Shown: positions 1 through 9,786, numbered from the stretch's first letter. The stretch: DNA of 64,000 bases from Eubacteriales bacterium (GCA_030524125.1 JAUNHB010000001.1:51920-115919); one strand, 5' to 3'. Notes: generated from the letters alone by a model not told the origin. Numbers and translations are program-made.

Positions 1-220
1 TATAGATATTGGCGCCGTCCAGCGTCACCTCGCCGGTGATCCTGCACCCTTCCACGAGGTCGTTCATCCGGTTTAAGGACTTGAGCAGCGTGGATTTTCC
101 GCATCCGGACGGACCGATGAACGCGGTGATCTCTTTTTCCGGAAGATCCAGATTTACGTTTTTCAGCGCGTGAAAATCACCGTAATACAGATCCAGATTT
201 GATACATTGAATTTTCCCAT
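1..220 (-). CDS. pstB: Phosphate ABC transporter ATPase, 5' part (runs off window)
   Basis: Manual translation from ATG 220: [21 protein letters not shown]...[23 protein letters not shown] (Walker A); follows pstA. Confidence 0.93.
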   Translation of the reverse strand, partial: MGKFNVSNLDLYYGDFHALKNVNLDLPEKEITAFIGPSGCGKSTLLKSLNRMNDLVEGCRITGEVTLDGANIY

Positions 221-227
221 AGTTCTC

Positions 228-1130
228 TTAGCTCCTCGTAAACTTCTTCGCGACAAACGCGGAAAGCGCATTGATCAGAAGCACCATCACCAGCAGCACC
301 ACGGCCGTGGCGTATGCCTCGTTCATATACAGTCCTTCGTTCAGCAGCGCGTACATATGGATGGCCAGCGTCCGCCCCGATCCCATCATGTCGTAGACGG
401 AGACGCCTCCCAGACTCGTCGTCGGGATCCCGGCCACCGTTCCCGCCGTGTAGATCAGCGCGGCCGTCTCTCCGGTGATACGGCCGATGGCCAGGATCAC
501 GCCTGCCAGGATCCCCGGGATCGCGCTGGGCAGAATGATGACGAACACGGTGCGCAGTCTTCCCGCTCCGAGTCCGAAGCTTCCCTCCCGGTAGGAATCC
601 GGGACGGCCTTCAGCGCCTCCTCGGTGGTGCGCATGACGGAGGGCAGCACCATGATGGCCAGCGTCAGGGCTCCGCTCAGCATGGAGTAGCCCCAGTGAA
701 AGGCCACGCCGAACATCAGGTAGCCGAACAGGCCGTAGACGATGGACGGAATGCCCGACAGCGTCTCGGTGGTCATCCGGACGATCCCCACCAGCTTATT
801 TCCTCTCCTGGCGTACTCCACCAGATAGATCGCGGAAAACACGCCCACCGGCACCGCGAACAGCAGGGCCGCGAACGTCATGACGATCGTGTTGATGATG
901 GCCGGCGTCATGGACACGTTTTCGGTATTATATTCCCACGCGAACAGACTGGGCTTCAGGTTCGGGATCCCCTTGATCAGGATATATCCGATCAGCGCAA
1001 TGAGGACCGCCACGGTGATCAGCATGGAGATGCTCACCAGACCCCGCAGAATGCCCGCGGTTATTTTCTGACTTCTGAGATTGTCTTTTTCTTTCCTGAG
1101 ATTTTCTTTCGTCTTCATCGTCTTAACCAT
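228..1130 (-). CDS. pstA: Phosphate ABC transporter permease
   Basis: Hydrophobic; [11 protein letters not shown] and [14 protein letters not shown] motifs; operon context. Confidence 0.93.
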   Translation of the reverse strand: MVKTMKTKENLRKEKDNLRSQKITAGILRGLVSISMLITVAVLIALIGYILIKGIPNLKPSLFAWEYNTENVSMTPAIINTIVMTFAALLFAVPVGVFSAIYLVEYARRGNKLVGIVRMTTETLSGIPSIVYGLFGYLMFGVAFHWGYSMLSGALTLAIMVLPSVMRTTEEALKAVPDSYREGSFGLGAGRLRTVFVIILPSAIPGILAGVILAIGRITGETAALIYTAGTVAGIPTTSLGGVSVYDMMGSGRTLAIHMYALLNEGLYMNEAYATAVVLLVMVLLINALSAFVAKKFTRS

Positions 1131-1977
1131 TGTTGTCTCCCTTCTTGATCAGTGAAAACAGAAGGTTGATGATCAGAATGAACACAAACAGCACCACGCC
1201 CGTGGCGATCAGCGCCTCCCGGTGGAGTCCGGCCGCATAGCCCATCTCCAGTACGATGTTTGCGGTCATGGTTCGCACGCCCTCCAAAAGACTGCCCGGT
1301 ATGATCGGCTGATTGCCGGCTACCATGATCACGGCCATGGTCTCGCCGATGGCGCGTCCCACGCCCAGAATGACGCCCGCCATGATCCCGGATTTCGCCG
1401 CCGGGAGCACCGCAAAGAAAACGCTCCTCTCATGGGTGTCGCCAAGCGCCAGCGCTCCTTCATAATAGCTCTCCGGAACGGCCCGGATCGCGCTCTCCGA
1501 CACGCCGATGATCGTGGGCAGGATCATGATCCCCAACAGGATCGAGGCGGTCAGCATGCTCTTTCCGCTGCTCCCGGTCAGATCCTGCACGATGGGAACG
1601 ATCACGACCAGTCCGAAAAATCCGTAGACGATGGACGGGATCCCTGCCATCAGCTCGATCGCCGGTTTTAAGATGGGATAGATTTTCTTCGGGCAAAATT
1701 TTGCCATATAGACCGCGCACAGGATTCCCACGGGAACTCCTACGACGATGGCTCCGGCGGTCACGTAGATACTTCCCACGATCATAGGGAAGATCCCGAA
1801 TATTTCGTTCATCGGTTTCCATCTCATTCCTGTCAGAAACTCCACCGGGCCGATCTTGGCGATAGCCGGAAGTCCGTTGGCAAACAGGAAGATGCAGATC
1901 AGCGCCACCGCCAGAATGGAGACGCAGGCTGCGATCATGAAAACGACGTGCATTAAAGCTTCTTTCAAATCCTTCAT
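1123..1977 (-). CDS. pstC: Phosphate ABC transporter permease
   Basis: [22 protein letters not shown] motifs; start moved to ATG 1977 behind GGAGG. Confidence 0.93.
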   Translation of the reverse strand: MKDLKEALMHVVFMIAACVSILAVALICIFLFANGLPAIAKIGPVEFLTGMRWKPMNEIFGIFPMIVGSIYVTAGAIVVGVPVGILCAVYMAKFCPKKIYPILKPAIELMAGIPSIVYGFFGLVVIVPIVQDLTGSSGKSMLTASILLGIMILPTIIGVSESAIRAVPESYYEGALALGDTHERSVFFAVLPAAKSGIMAGVILGVGRAIGETMAVIMVAGNQPIIPGSLLEGVRTMTANIVLEMGYAAGLHREALIATGVVLFVFILIINLLFSLIKKGDNNG

Positions 1978-2020
1978 AAGGGTTCTCCTCCGCACAGGCG
2001 CGCACAGGCCCGATCAAATC

Positions 2021-2101
2021 TTCAGCCGACCGGGAGCGCCAGATCTATGAACAAAGGGCAGCCGCGCGTCGGCAAAAAGCGCGTCAGCGCGGCTTTGTAA
2101 T
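2021..2101. repeat. Family A element, short degenerate variant, between pstS and pstC
   Basis: TTCAGCCGACCGGGAGCGCCAGATC...GCGCGTCAGCGCGGCTTTG aligns with the 15736 copy minus its long arm. Confidence 0.75.
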
Positions 2102-2129
2102 CGGCCCCTGCAAATCCGTCTGTATCTGT

Positions 2130-3086
2130 TTACTGTGCGATCTGGGACCAGTCGGTGATCGTTCCGGTGTAGATGCCAAGCACATCGTCGGAGGTCAGCT
2201 CGTTGATCGTGTTCTCCTTATTTACGATCACCGCGATGCCGTCCAGCGCGATCACCTGTGCGTTCAGCTCGGCGGCCTCCTCGTCCTTCAGCTCGCGGGA
2301 CGCCATTCCGATATCATAGGTTCCGTCGATGGCGGAGGTCATACCGGTCGTCGAGTCGCTCTGCTGCACCTCGATGGTGGCGTTGGGATTTACCTCTGCA
2401 TAAGCCTCCTTCAGCTTCTCCATCACCGGAGTCACAGAAGAAGAACCGCCCACAGTGATCTTTCCTTCCGGCTGGGTTCCCTCGAAGGCGCCGGTGCTGC
2501 TTTCGCTGACATATCCGTTCTCCTCGACGACTGCCTGCCCTTCATCGCTCAGGATAAAGTCGATGAAGTCCTTCGCCACGCCGTCCGGCTCGCCCTTGGT
2601 CGCGATGTTGAACGGACGGGAAACTTTATAGTCGCCGCTCTTTACGTTGTCCGCAGTCGCCTCCGCTCCGTCGATCAGGAGCGCCTTCACCTGCGTCTCG
2701 TCCAGAGAGCCGAGGGATACATATCCGATGGCGTTGGCATTGCCCGCCACCGTCGTCATCATGACGGAGGTGCTGTTGGTGATCTCCGCGCTGTCGATGG
2801 TCATATCGACTTTCTCGCCGCTTTCATCCTCCTGCTCGATCCCGAACAGCTCGATAAACGCGCCTCTCGTACCGGATCCGTCCTCTCTGGACAGCACCGT
2901 GATCGCTCCGCTCATGGCTCCTGCCGCCGCGGTATCGTCCGCTGCCGTCGCATCCTCCGCCGCGCTCTCATCCGCCGCATCCGTCGTCGTAGTCGTCGTA
3001 TCCGCCGCCGTATCGCTGCTTCCGCATCCTACCACCGCCGTCGCGGTCATCGCCATCAACATCATCGCTACCATTGCTTTTTTCAT
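2130..3086 (-). CDS. pstS: Phosphate-binding lipoprotein
   Basis: Lipobox VVGC; SREDGSGTRGAF and GGSSSV motifs; start at ATG 3086 after AAGGAG. Confidence 0.92.
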   Translation of the reverse strand: MKKAMVAMMLMAMTATAVVGCGSSDTAADTTTTTTDAADESAAEDATAADDTAAAGAMSGAITVLSREDGSGTRGAFIELFGIEQEDESGEKVDMTIDSAEITNSTSVMMTTVAGNANAIGYVSLGSLDETQVKALLIDGAEATADNVKSGDYKVSRPFNIATKGEPDGVAKDFIDFILSDEGQAVVEENGYVSESSTGAFEGTQPEGKITVGGSSSVTPVMEKLKEAYAEVNPNATIEVQQSDSTTGMTSAIDGTYDIGMASRELKDEEAAELNAQVIALDGIAVIVNKENTINELTSDDVLGIYTGTITDWSQIAQ

Positions 3087-3156
3087 AATATTACTCTCCT
3101 TCATCACTTTCAGATTTCTCTGTCTCTCAAGTACATCCCCCATCATACACACCGAA

Positions 3157-3196
3157 AGTAAAATCTAAAATCATCTTCATGTGAAATTTTTGTAAA
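3157..3196 (-). promoter_or_regulatory. Putative PhoP (Pho) box upstream of pstS
   Basis: Minus strand TTTACA-N5-TTCACA (11-bp period) plus TTTACT, upstream of a TATGAT -10. Confidence 0.6.
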
Positions 3197-3203
3197 GTCC
3201 CAA

Positions 3204-3363
3204 GTGAAAGCCCCGGACTGTGGGAACATGGAGCGCAAGCTTGCTTGCGGCGACATGTTCACATTGGACGGGCTAGGAAGGATGAGCAAGCAGGGCGGCA
3301 GCCCGGATTGCGAATCCTTCCGGCGATTGCGGGAGCACGCAGTGCGGAGCAATCGGCTTTCAC
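3204..3363. repeat. Family D structured element, single copy in window
   Basis: 9-bp terminal inverted repeat GTGAAAGCC/GGCTTTCAC enclosing three hairpins. Confidence 0.6.
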
Positions 3364-3397
3364 CTCCCTCCCGGGCGGACATCCATTTTCTCCACGC

Positions 3398-3443
3398 AAA
3401 AAGGATCCCCGGAAAGTCTCTTCTCAAGACTTCCCGGGGATCC
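3398..3443 (-). terminator. Intrinsic terminator of the MATE gene
   Basis: GGATCCCCGG...CCGGGGATCC stem followed by a T-run on the minus strand. Confidence 0.75.
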
Positions 3444-3453
3444 CTCCCGCACT

Positions 3454-4809
3454 CTATACGCCTGTCCGCACTTCTCCGACGCCCCTCTGCACCCGTTTCC
3501 TGCAGAAGACAAAGGCCGGTATGAGGAAAATATCCGCGGCCAGCCACGCCAGAGGGTGCGCCAGACAGATGCCGACAAAGCCCACGATCGGCGCGATGAC
3601 CATGGCCGCCGCCACGCGGGCCACCATCTCCATGACGCCGGAGATGATGGCGAACACCGAAAAACCCATCCCCTGAATCGTAAAGCGCACCGTGTTCACC
3701 AGCGTCAGCAGGCAGTAGCCGCCCGTGCAGAACAAAAGAAACCGGTATGAATACTCGATGATCTCCGTCTCTCCCGCATCCACGAACAAAAGCGTCAGCT
3801 CCCTGCCGAACAGAAGCACGATCACCAGACAGATCCCCGCCGTGACAAATCCCACGAGAGAGGCCGCCTTCAGACCCTTGTCGATCCGGTCAAATTTTCC
3901 CGCGCCCACGTTCTGGCCTGCGTAGGGAGCCATCGTCTGGCCCAGCGCGTCCGTGGGACAGGCGAGAAACGCATGGATCTTCTGGGCCGCCGTGACGCCC
4001 GCCACGACCGTGGCTCCAAGCCCGTTGATGGCCGCCTGAAGCACCAGCGTGCCGATGGCCGTCACAGAATACTGAAGCCCCATGGGAATCCCGATGTAGC
4101 AGAGCTTTCCCATATAAGCCGGCTCCGGCTTCCACTCCTCCTTCGACGCCCGGAGGATCGGAAAGCGCCGGTACATGTACCAAAGACAGACGACGCCCGA
4201 GATGCCCTGCGAGAGCACCGTCGCGATGGCCGGGCCCTCCACGCCCATGCCCAGCCACAGCACCGACACCAGATCGAGGACGATATTGATGACCGACGAC
4301 AGCGCCAGAAATACCACCGGCGTCCGGCTGTCTCCCAGCGACCGGATGATCCCGGCCAGTATATTATATAAGAAAGTACACGGGATCCCCCAGAACACAA
4401 TTACGATGTACACATATGCGTACTCGAAAATATCCTCGGGCGTGCTCATAAGCGTGAGGATCGGACGGCAGGCCGCCACCACGCCGAGCGTCATCACCAC
4501 GGAAAACGCGATGCACAGCAGAAAACTGTTGGTCACATATTTGCGCAGACGGCCTTCCTCCTGCGCCCCGAACATCTGAGCCACCGGGATCGCAAAGCCG
4601 TTGCACACGCCGGTGCAGAAACCGATCACCATAAAGTTGAGCGAGCTGGTGGAGCCCACGCCCGCCAGAGGGTTGACGCCCAGAAAACGGCCCACCACCA
4701 ACGTGTCCACCATACTGTAAAACTGCTGGAACAGCATGCCGAGAAACATCGGAACCGCAAATTCCAGAATCAGCCTGGCCGGGGAACCGGCCGTCATATC
4801 CTTCGTCAT
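3454..4809 (-). CDS. MATE family efflux transporter
   Basis: MTKDMTAGSPARLILEFAVP...QQFYSMVDTLVVG; many TM segments; ORF-track N-terminal extension comes from the repeat. Confidence 0.9.
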   Translation of the reverse strand: MTKDMTAGSPARLILEFAVPMFLGMLFQQFYSMVDTLVVGRFLGVNPLAGVGSTSSLNFMVIGFCTGVCNGFAIPVAQMFGAQEEGRLRKYVTNSFLLCIAFSVVMTLGVVAACRPILTLMSTPEDIFEYAYVYIVIVFWGIPCTFLYNILAGIIRSLGDSRTPVVFLALSSVINIVLDLVSVLWLGMGVEGPAIATVLSQGISGVVCLWYMYRRFPILRASKEEWKPEPAYMGKLCYIGIPMGLQYSVTAIGTLVLQAAINGLGATVVAGVTAAQKIHAFLACPTDALGQTMAPYAGQNVGAGKFDRIDKGLKAASLVGFVTAGICLVIVLLFGRELTLLFVDAGETEIIEYSYRFLLFCTGGYCLLTLVNTVRFTIQGMGFSVFAIISGVMEMVARVAAAMVIAPIVGFVGICLAHPLAWLAADIFLIPAFVFCRKRVQRGVGEVRTGV

Positions 4810-4840
4810 ATCCATTCTCCCTTTTCTAAAGTCGAATGCG

Positions 4841-4869
4841 ATTATAGTCTCTGGCTCTCCGTTTGTCAA
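4841..4869 (-). promoter_or_regulatory. SigA promoter of the MATE gene
   Basis: TTGACA-17-TATAAT perfect consensus. Confidence 0.8.
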
Positions 4870-4898
4870 TGTTTCCGCGTAGATTTTTCCAGCCAGAT

Positions 4899-5061
4899 GT
4901 AACTGTTCAGCCCGCGCCATTCGCAAAGCCGCGCTAACGCGCTCCCCGCCGCTGCGCGGCTACCTTTGCTCATGATCTGGCGCTCCCTCAGCCGAAAGCA
5001 GCAGATCAAAATTCGTGCGAGCACGATTTTGCCCCGCCGCTCCCGGCTGGCTGAACTGTTG
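4899..5061. mobile_element. Family A full-length MITE/REP-like element with target-site duplication
   Basis: Ends GTAACTGTTCAGCC / GGCTGAACTGTTG; CAGCCAGAT duplicated at 4890-4898 and 5062-5070. Confidence 0.85.
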
Positions 5062-6816
5062 CAGCCAGATCCGCTCCTCCTCCGGAAGGAACGGCGACAC
5101 CGTCTCATACACGCTCCGGTGGTAGTCGTTCAGCCACGTTTTCTCCTGCTCCGTCAGCTGTCCGGCGTCGATCGCGTCCAGATCGAACGGGATCTTCGTC
5201 AGGATCTCAAACTGCAGGAACCGGCCGTATTCATTTTCCTCCAGCTCCCGGCAGACCAGCTCGTTTTCCAGCCGGACGCCGAAGCGCCCCTCCGGATAGA
5301 CGCCGGGCTCGTCCGTGGTCACCATGCCCGGCTCCAGCGGCGCCGGCGTCTCCCCGGCCGGATTTCTCCAGCGGAACGCGTTTGGCCCCTCGTGGACGTT
5401 CAGAAGATACCCGACCCCGTGACCCGTGCCGTGGCGGTAATCCATCCCCAGCTCCCACAGCGGCTCCCGGCAGAGGACGTCCAGCGTAAGCCCCGTGCAG
5501 CCCCGGAGAAACCGCGCGTGGGCCAGCCGCAGATTTCCGCGGCAGACGGCGGTGTACATCCGCCTTTCCTCGTCCGTCAGAGGCCCCATGGCGAAGGTGC
5601 GGGTCGTATCGGTCGTTCCTTCCAGATAATGCCCTCCGGCGTCCACGAGCAGAAAACCCTTCCGCTCCACCGGGACGCTGCTCTCCTCCGTGGCCGAATA
5701 GTGAACGACGGCCCCGTGCTCCCCGTAGGCGCAGATGGGCGCGAAGCTCTGCTCCAGATAATGCTCCTGCTCCCTCCGGCGCGCCTCCAGATACGCCGCG
5801 GCGGACAGCTCGGTGATCTCCTCATCGGTCGTCTTGAGCCAGTACATGAACCGGGTGAACGCGACGCTCTCCTTCCGGTGTGCCTCCCGCAGATTTTCAA
5901 GCTCCGTCTCATTTTTCACCGCCTTCATAAGCTCCGTCGGATTCGGCCGGTCGATCACCTGCGCGCCCGCCGGAAGGCTGGTCACCAGAAGGCTGTTGAC
6001 GTTCCGCCGGTCCAGAAGGACGCGGCTCTCTGCCGGAAGCTTCTTCAGATCCCCGTAGATCTCCTCGTAGTCCCGGACGTCCACGCCGAGGCTCTCCAGA
6101 TACGCCCGGACGCCGTCCGCCGCCGAGGGCCGCGCATACCAGACACAGCGCTCCCGCGTCACCGTCAGAAACGAGAGCGTCACCGGCACGCACGGGATGT
6201 CCGATCCGCGCACGTTCAAAAGCCACGCGATGTCGCACAGGGAGGCCAGCACATGGACGTCCGCGCCCGCTCTCTCCATCTGCTCCCGCAGCCGCGCAAG
6301 CTTGCTTTCGGCGCTCTCCCCGCTCCAGCGTTCCTCCAGTACCCACGACCGTCCATCCGGGATGTCCGGCCGCCCGGTCCAGATCTCGCCCACCAGATCC
6401 CGGTCGGTCCGCACCGTCGCTCCGGCCCGCGCCGCAGCCGCCCGAAGCCGCCCGGCTCTTGCCTCTCCCATGGTCCGCCCGTCGAAGCCGAGCGCCCCCG
6501 TTCCCGCGAGGCGGCTCTCCACATACGTCTCCACATCCGGCGTGTCCGGCTCGCCCATACGAAACAGCCGGACGCCGCTTCCCTGAAGCTGCCGCTCCGC
6601 CTGCAGGAAATAGCGGCCGTCCGTCCAAAGCCCGGCCTCCTCTGGCGTCACCACCGCCGTCCCCGCCGACCCGGTAAAGCCCGTGAGATATTCCCGCGCC
6701 CGGTAATGGGGGCAGACGTACTCCGACTCGTGGCAGTCGGTGGACGGGATCACATAGACCCCGATCCCCGCATCCCGCATCCTCTCCCTCAGTCTTTCCA
6801 GCCTCTCTCTCGCCAT
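4960..6816 (-). CDS. Xaa-Pro aminopeptidase (M24); last 33 aa are element-derived
   Basis: LWTDGRYFLQA, DAGGHY..GTTDTTRT, HGTGHGVG..LNVHEGP, EPGVY, GVRLEN motifs. Confidence 0.92.
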   Translation of the reverse strand: MARERLERLRERMRDAGIGVYVIPSTDCHESEYVCPHYRAREYLTGFTGSAGTAVVTPEEAGLWTDGRYFLQAERQLQGSGVRLFRMGEPDTPDVETYVESRLAGTGALGFDGRTMGEARAGRLRAAAARAGATVRTDRDLVGEIWTGRPDIPDGRSWVLEERWSGESAESKLARLREQMERAGADVHVLASLCDIAWLLNVRGSDIPCVPVTLSFLTVTRERCVWYARPSAADGVRAYLESLGVDVRDYEEIYGDLKKLPAESRVLLDRRNVNSLLVTSLPAGAQVIDRPNPTELMKAVKNETELENLREAHRKESVAFTRFMYWLKTTDEEITELSAAAYLEARRREQEHYLEQSFAPICAYGEHGAVVHYSATEESSVPVERKGFLLVDAGGHYLEGTTDTTRTFAMGPLTDEERRMYTAVCRGNLRLAHARFLRGCTGLTLDVLCREPLWELGMDYRHGTGHGVGYLLNVHEGPNAFRWRNPAGETPAPLEPGMVTTDEPGVYPEGRFGVRLENELVCRELEENEYGRFLQFEILTKIPFDLDAIDAGQLTEQEKTWLNDYHRSVYETVSPFLPEEERIWLQQFSQPGAAGQNRARTNFDLLLSAEGAPDHEQR

Positions 6817-6874
6817 ACGCCTCTCCTTCCTGCCTGAAACCGTCCTTCCCGGCCTCTCTCCGTCGTTTTTCGCT

Positions 6875-8269
6875 CTACCACTCCGCCCTCAGAAACGCGC
6901 CGTAGCCCCGGTACGCCTCATAGATGTCCGCCTTGCTGGACACCTCCCATGGGCTGTGCATATTGAGGAGCGCCACGCCGCTGTCGATGACGTCCATGCC
7001 GTAGTTGGCCGTGATGTAGGCGATGGTACCGCCGCCTCCCTGATCCACCTTTCCAAGCTCCGCAGTCTGCCAGTTGACCCCGGCCTCGTCCATGACGCGG
7101 CGCAGCTGCCCGATATACTCGGCGCAGGCGTCGTTGGAGCCGGATTTTCCGCGGGAACCGGTATATTTATTGAACACCATGCCCCGTCCCAGATAAGCGA
7201 TATTTTTCTTCTCGAAGGCCGACGCGTAGTTGGGGTCGAAGGCCGCGCTCACGTCCGAGGACAGCATATGGGAATTCTGGAGGCACCTTCTGAGCGAAAG
7301 CTCCGAATACTGTCCGGCCAGATCCATCACCTCCGCCACAACATTTTCAAAATACCGCGACTGCATGCCGGTGGCTCCCATGCTGCCGATCTCCTCCTTG
7401 TCGGTCAGCAGGCACACGGCGGTCTTCGCCGGGCGGTCAGCCTCCAGCTGAGCCAGCAGAGACGTGAACGCACAGATCCGGTCGTCCTGTCCGTAGCCCA
7501 TGATCATGCTCCGGTCCAGACCGAAATCTCTTGCAGAACCCGCCGGGACGGCTTCCAGCTCGGCGGACAGAAAATCCTCCTCCTCCATGCCGTACTGCTC
7601 CTTTAAAAGCTCCATGACCCCTCTGCGGATCCGTTCCTTCTTCTCCTTCTCATCGGATTCCCGGATCGGACGGCTTCCCGCAATGATATTCAGATTTTCT
7701 CCCTCCACCACCACGGCGGCCTTCTTCTGGAGCTGCTCGCCCGACAGATGGATCAGCAGGTCGGAAATGCCGAGCACCGGATCTTCCGGACGCTCGCCCA
7801 CGGAGATCTCGATCACCGTGCCGTCCTTTTTCACCGCCACGCCGTGGAGCGCCAGAGGGATGGCCGCCCACTGGTATTTCTTGATGCCGCCGTAATAATG
7901 AGTGTCGAGAAGCGCCATCTCCCCGTCCTCATAGAGCGGATTCTGCTTCAAGTCGAGCCGCGGGGAGTCGATGTGGGCTCCCAGGATGTTCATTCCCTTC
8001 TCCATGGGCTCCGTCCCGAGCTGGAACAGCACCGCCAGCTTTTTCTTATGGACCGCGTACACTTTATCGCCTGGCGCGAGCCGCTTTCCGCCCTCCAGCG
8101 CCTCCTCCAGAGAAATATATCCGGCCTCCCGGGCCATCTCCACCGTCCGTTTCACGCACTCCCTCTCGGTCTTGCAGTCGGAGATGAACTGCCGGTACTG
8201 CTCCGCGATCTCAAAAAGGCGCTGCTCCGTTTCCGTATCGTAAGTATTCCATGCATTCTTCCGTTCCAT
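6875..8269 (-). CDS. M18 family (aspartyl) aminopeptidase
   Basis: GAHIDSPRLDLK, GQDDR, DKEEIGS, GGGGTIA, MHSPWE motifs. Confidence 0.9.
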   Translation of the reverse strand: MERKNAWNTYDTETEQRLFEIAEQYRQFISDCKTERECVKRTVEMAREAGYISLEEALEGGKRLAPGDKVYAVHKKKLAVLFQLGTEPMEKGMNILGAHIDSPRLDLKQNPLYEDGEMALLDTHYYGGIKKYQWAAIPLALHGVAVKKDGTVIEISVGERPEDPVLGISDLLIHLSGEQLQKKAAVVVEGENLNIIAGSRPIRESDEKEKKERIRRGVMELLKEQYGMEEEDFLSAELEAVPAGSARDFGLDRSMIMGYGQDDRICAFTSLLAQLEADRPAKTAVCLLTDKEEIGSMGATGMQSRYFENVVAEVMDLAGQYSELSLRRCLQNSHMLSSDVSAAFDPNYASAFEKKNIAYLGRGMVFNKYTGSRGKSGSNDACAEYIGQLRRVMDEAGVNWQTAELGKVDQGGGGTIAYITANYGMDVIDSGVALLNMHSPWEVSSKADIYEAYRGYGAFLRAEW

Positions 8270-8491
8270 TGAAAGTGATTCCTCTTTTCCGTCGTATTTC
8301 CCCGCTGTCGCCCAAAGGGGATCCGCTTATAAGCATAGACCGGTTTTATGGAAAATTCAACTGCTTTCTTCGGCGGGACGAGGGCGGCTGCGTCCGCAGC
8401 TGCTGTTCAGGCCAGCCTCTAGCACTTGCTCTCCCCGGCGTGAGACAGCAGCGCCGCCCGGCCGCGCAAGATGCGCGGCCGGGCGGCCGGC

Positions 8492-8695
8492 TCAGTCGAT
8501 ATGGATGTCCAGCGGCTGATCCAGCTCCTCGGACACATATTTTCCGTTTTTCTTTCTCTGGCGGACGCACTCGGTCAGCAGATATTCGATCTGGCCGTTC
8601 ACCGAACGGAAATCGTCCTCGGCCCATGCGGCGATCTGGTTGTAAAGCTTCGTGGACAGTCTGAGCGGAATCTGTTTTTTCTGATTTTCAGCCAA
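8492..8695 (-). CDS. Small Arc-like ribbon-helix-helix DNA-binding protein
   Basis: KQIPLRLS...AEDDFRSVNGQIEYLL fits the Arc/RHH pattern; directly after SPFH gene. Confidence 0.75.
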   Translation of the reverse strand: MAENQKKQIPLRLSTKLYNQIAAWAEDDFRSVNGQIEYLLTECVRQRKKNGKYVSEELDQPLDIHID

Positions 8696-8698
8696 GGA

Positions 8699-9718
8699 TC
8701 AGTACAGGCTCCCCGAATTGACGACCGGCTGGGCGTCGTGGTTGCCGCACAGCACCACCAGCAGGTTGGAGACCATGGCCGCCTTCCTCTCGTCGTCCAG
8801 CTCCACCGTATTCTTTTCCGCCAGACGCTCCAGCGCCATCTCCACCATGCCGACCGCCCCGTCCACGATCATCTTCCGGGCGTCGATGATGGCCGATGCC
8901 TGCTGTCTCTGGAGCATGACGGCCGCGATCTCCGGCGCGTAGGCCAGATAGGTGATGCGGGCCTCGAGGATCTCCAGCCCCGCGTCGCTGACCTTGTTCT
9001 GGATCTCCCTGCGGATCCGCTCCGCCACTACCTCGCTGGATCCCCGGAGGCTTCCTTCGTCGGCGACGCCGTCCCCGGTCGTGTCCACGCCCGGCGCCAC
9101 GTCGTAGGGATAGATCCGCACGATGTTCCGAAGGGCGCTGTCGCACTGGAGAGACAGGTATTCTTTGTAATTATCCACGTCGAACACCGCTTTGGCCGTG
9201 TCCACCACCCGCCACATGACCGCGATCCCGATCTCCACCGGATTTCCGAGACAGTCGTTGATCTTCTGGCGGTTGTTGTTGAGCGTCATGATCTTCATGG
9301 AGATCCGCCTGCCTGCGGCCTCTCCCATCTGCGAGGCTGCCGCCGCGGCCGCCTTCGCCGTCCCGCCGTCCACGTCTCCGCTCTGGTTCAGGCGGGTCTT
9401 GGCCGCCGGGTTCACCGCGGAGCAGAACGGATTCACATAGTAGAAGCCCTCCTCCTTCAGCGTTCCCACATACTTTCCGAACAGCGTCAGCACCAGCGCC
9501 TCCTGCGGCTTGAGCACCTTCAGCCCGCAGAACGGGATCCAGCCAAGCGCGAGCCAGACGATGCCGACCGTCAGCAGCGCTCCCGCCGGCACGCCTCCCT
9601 GCCGGTCCAGCAGCACGGCTCCCACCGCCGTCAATACCCCCGCTCCCGCATACTGGACCAGGAGCAGCAACAGCATGGCGATCCCGTTTTTCTTGTTCTG
9701 TAATACCTTTTCCTTCAT
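8699..9718 (-). CDS. SPFH/band 7 domain membrane protein
   Basis: Two N-terminal TMs; KINDCLGNPVEI, ARITYLAYAPEIAAVMLQRQQA, MVSNLLVVLC. Confidence 0.88.
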   Translation of the reverse strand: MKEKVLQNKKNGIAMLLLLLVQYAGAGVLTAVGAVLLDRQGGVPAGALLTVGIVWLALGWIPFCGLKVLKPQEALVLTLFGKYVGTLKEEGFYYVNPFCSAVNPAAKTRLNQSGDVDGGTAKAAAAAASQMGEAAGRRISMKIMTLNNNRQKINDCLGNPVEIGIAVMWRVVDTAKAVFDVDNYKEYLSLQCDSALRNIVRIYPYDVAPGVDTTGDGVADEGSLRGSSEVVAERIRREIQNKVSDAGLEILEARITYLAYAPEIAAVMLQRQQASAIIDARKMIVDGAVGMVEMALERLAEKNTVELDDERKAAMVSNLLVVLCGNHDAQPVVNSGSLY

Positions 9719-9737
9719 GATCGTTCACTCCTCCTCT

Positions 9738-9779
9738 TTTTGATATCAAAATCATATCATATAAATATCTGTATGTCAA
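9738..9779 (-). promoter_or_regulatory. SigA promoter with adjacent palindromic operator
   Basis: TTGACA-17-TATGAT with extended TG; TTTTGATATCAAAA palindrome at 9738-9751. Confidence 0.7.
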
Positions 9780-9786
9780 TGGTGAT

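Noticed and set aside
4866-5108. Short ORFs with recurring peptides (ARLCEWRGLN, SARAIRKAALTR, TIHSPPPPCA) here and at 12897, 16780, 16954, 38623, 53393
   Set aside because: Translations of the DNA repeats with inconsistent starts and lengths; not a protein family.
8380-8491. GC-rich hairpins here and near 53335-53390 and 58165-58190 as further repeat members
   Set aside because: No shared termini or alignable interior; more simply local terminators or stabilisers.
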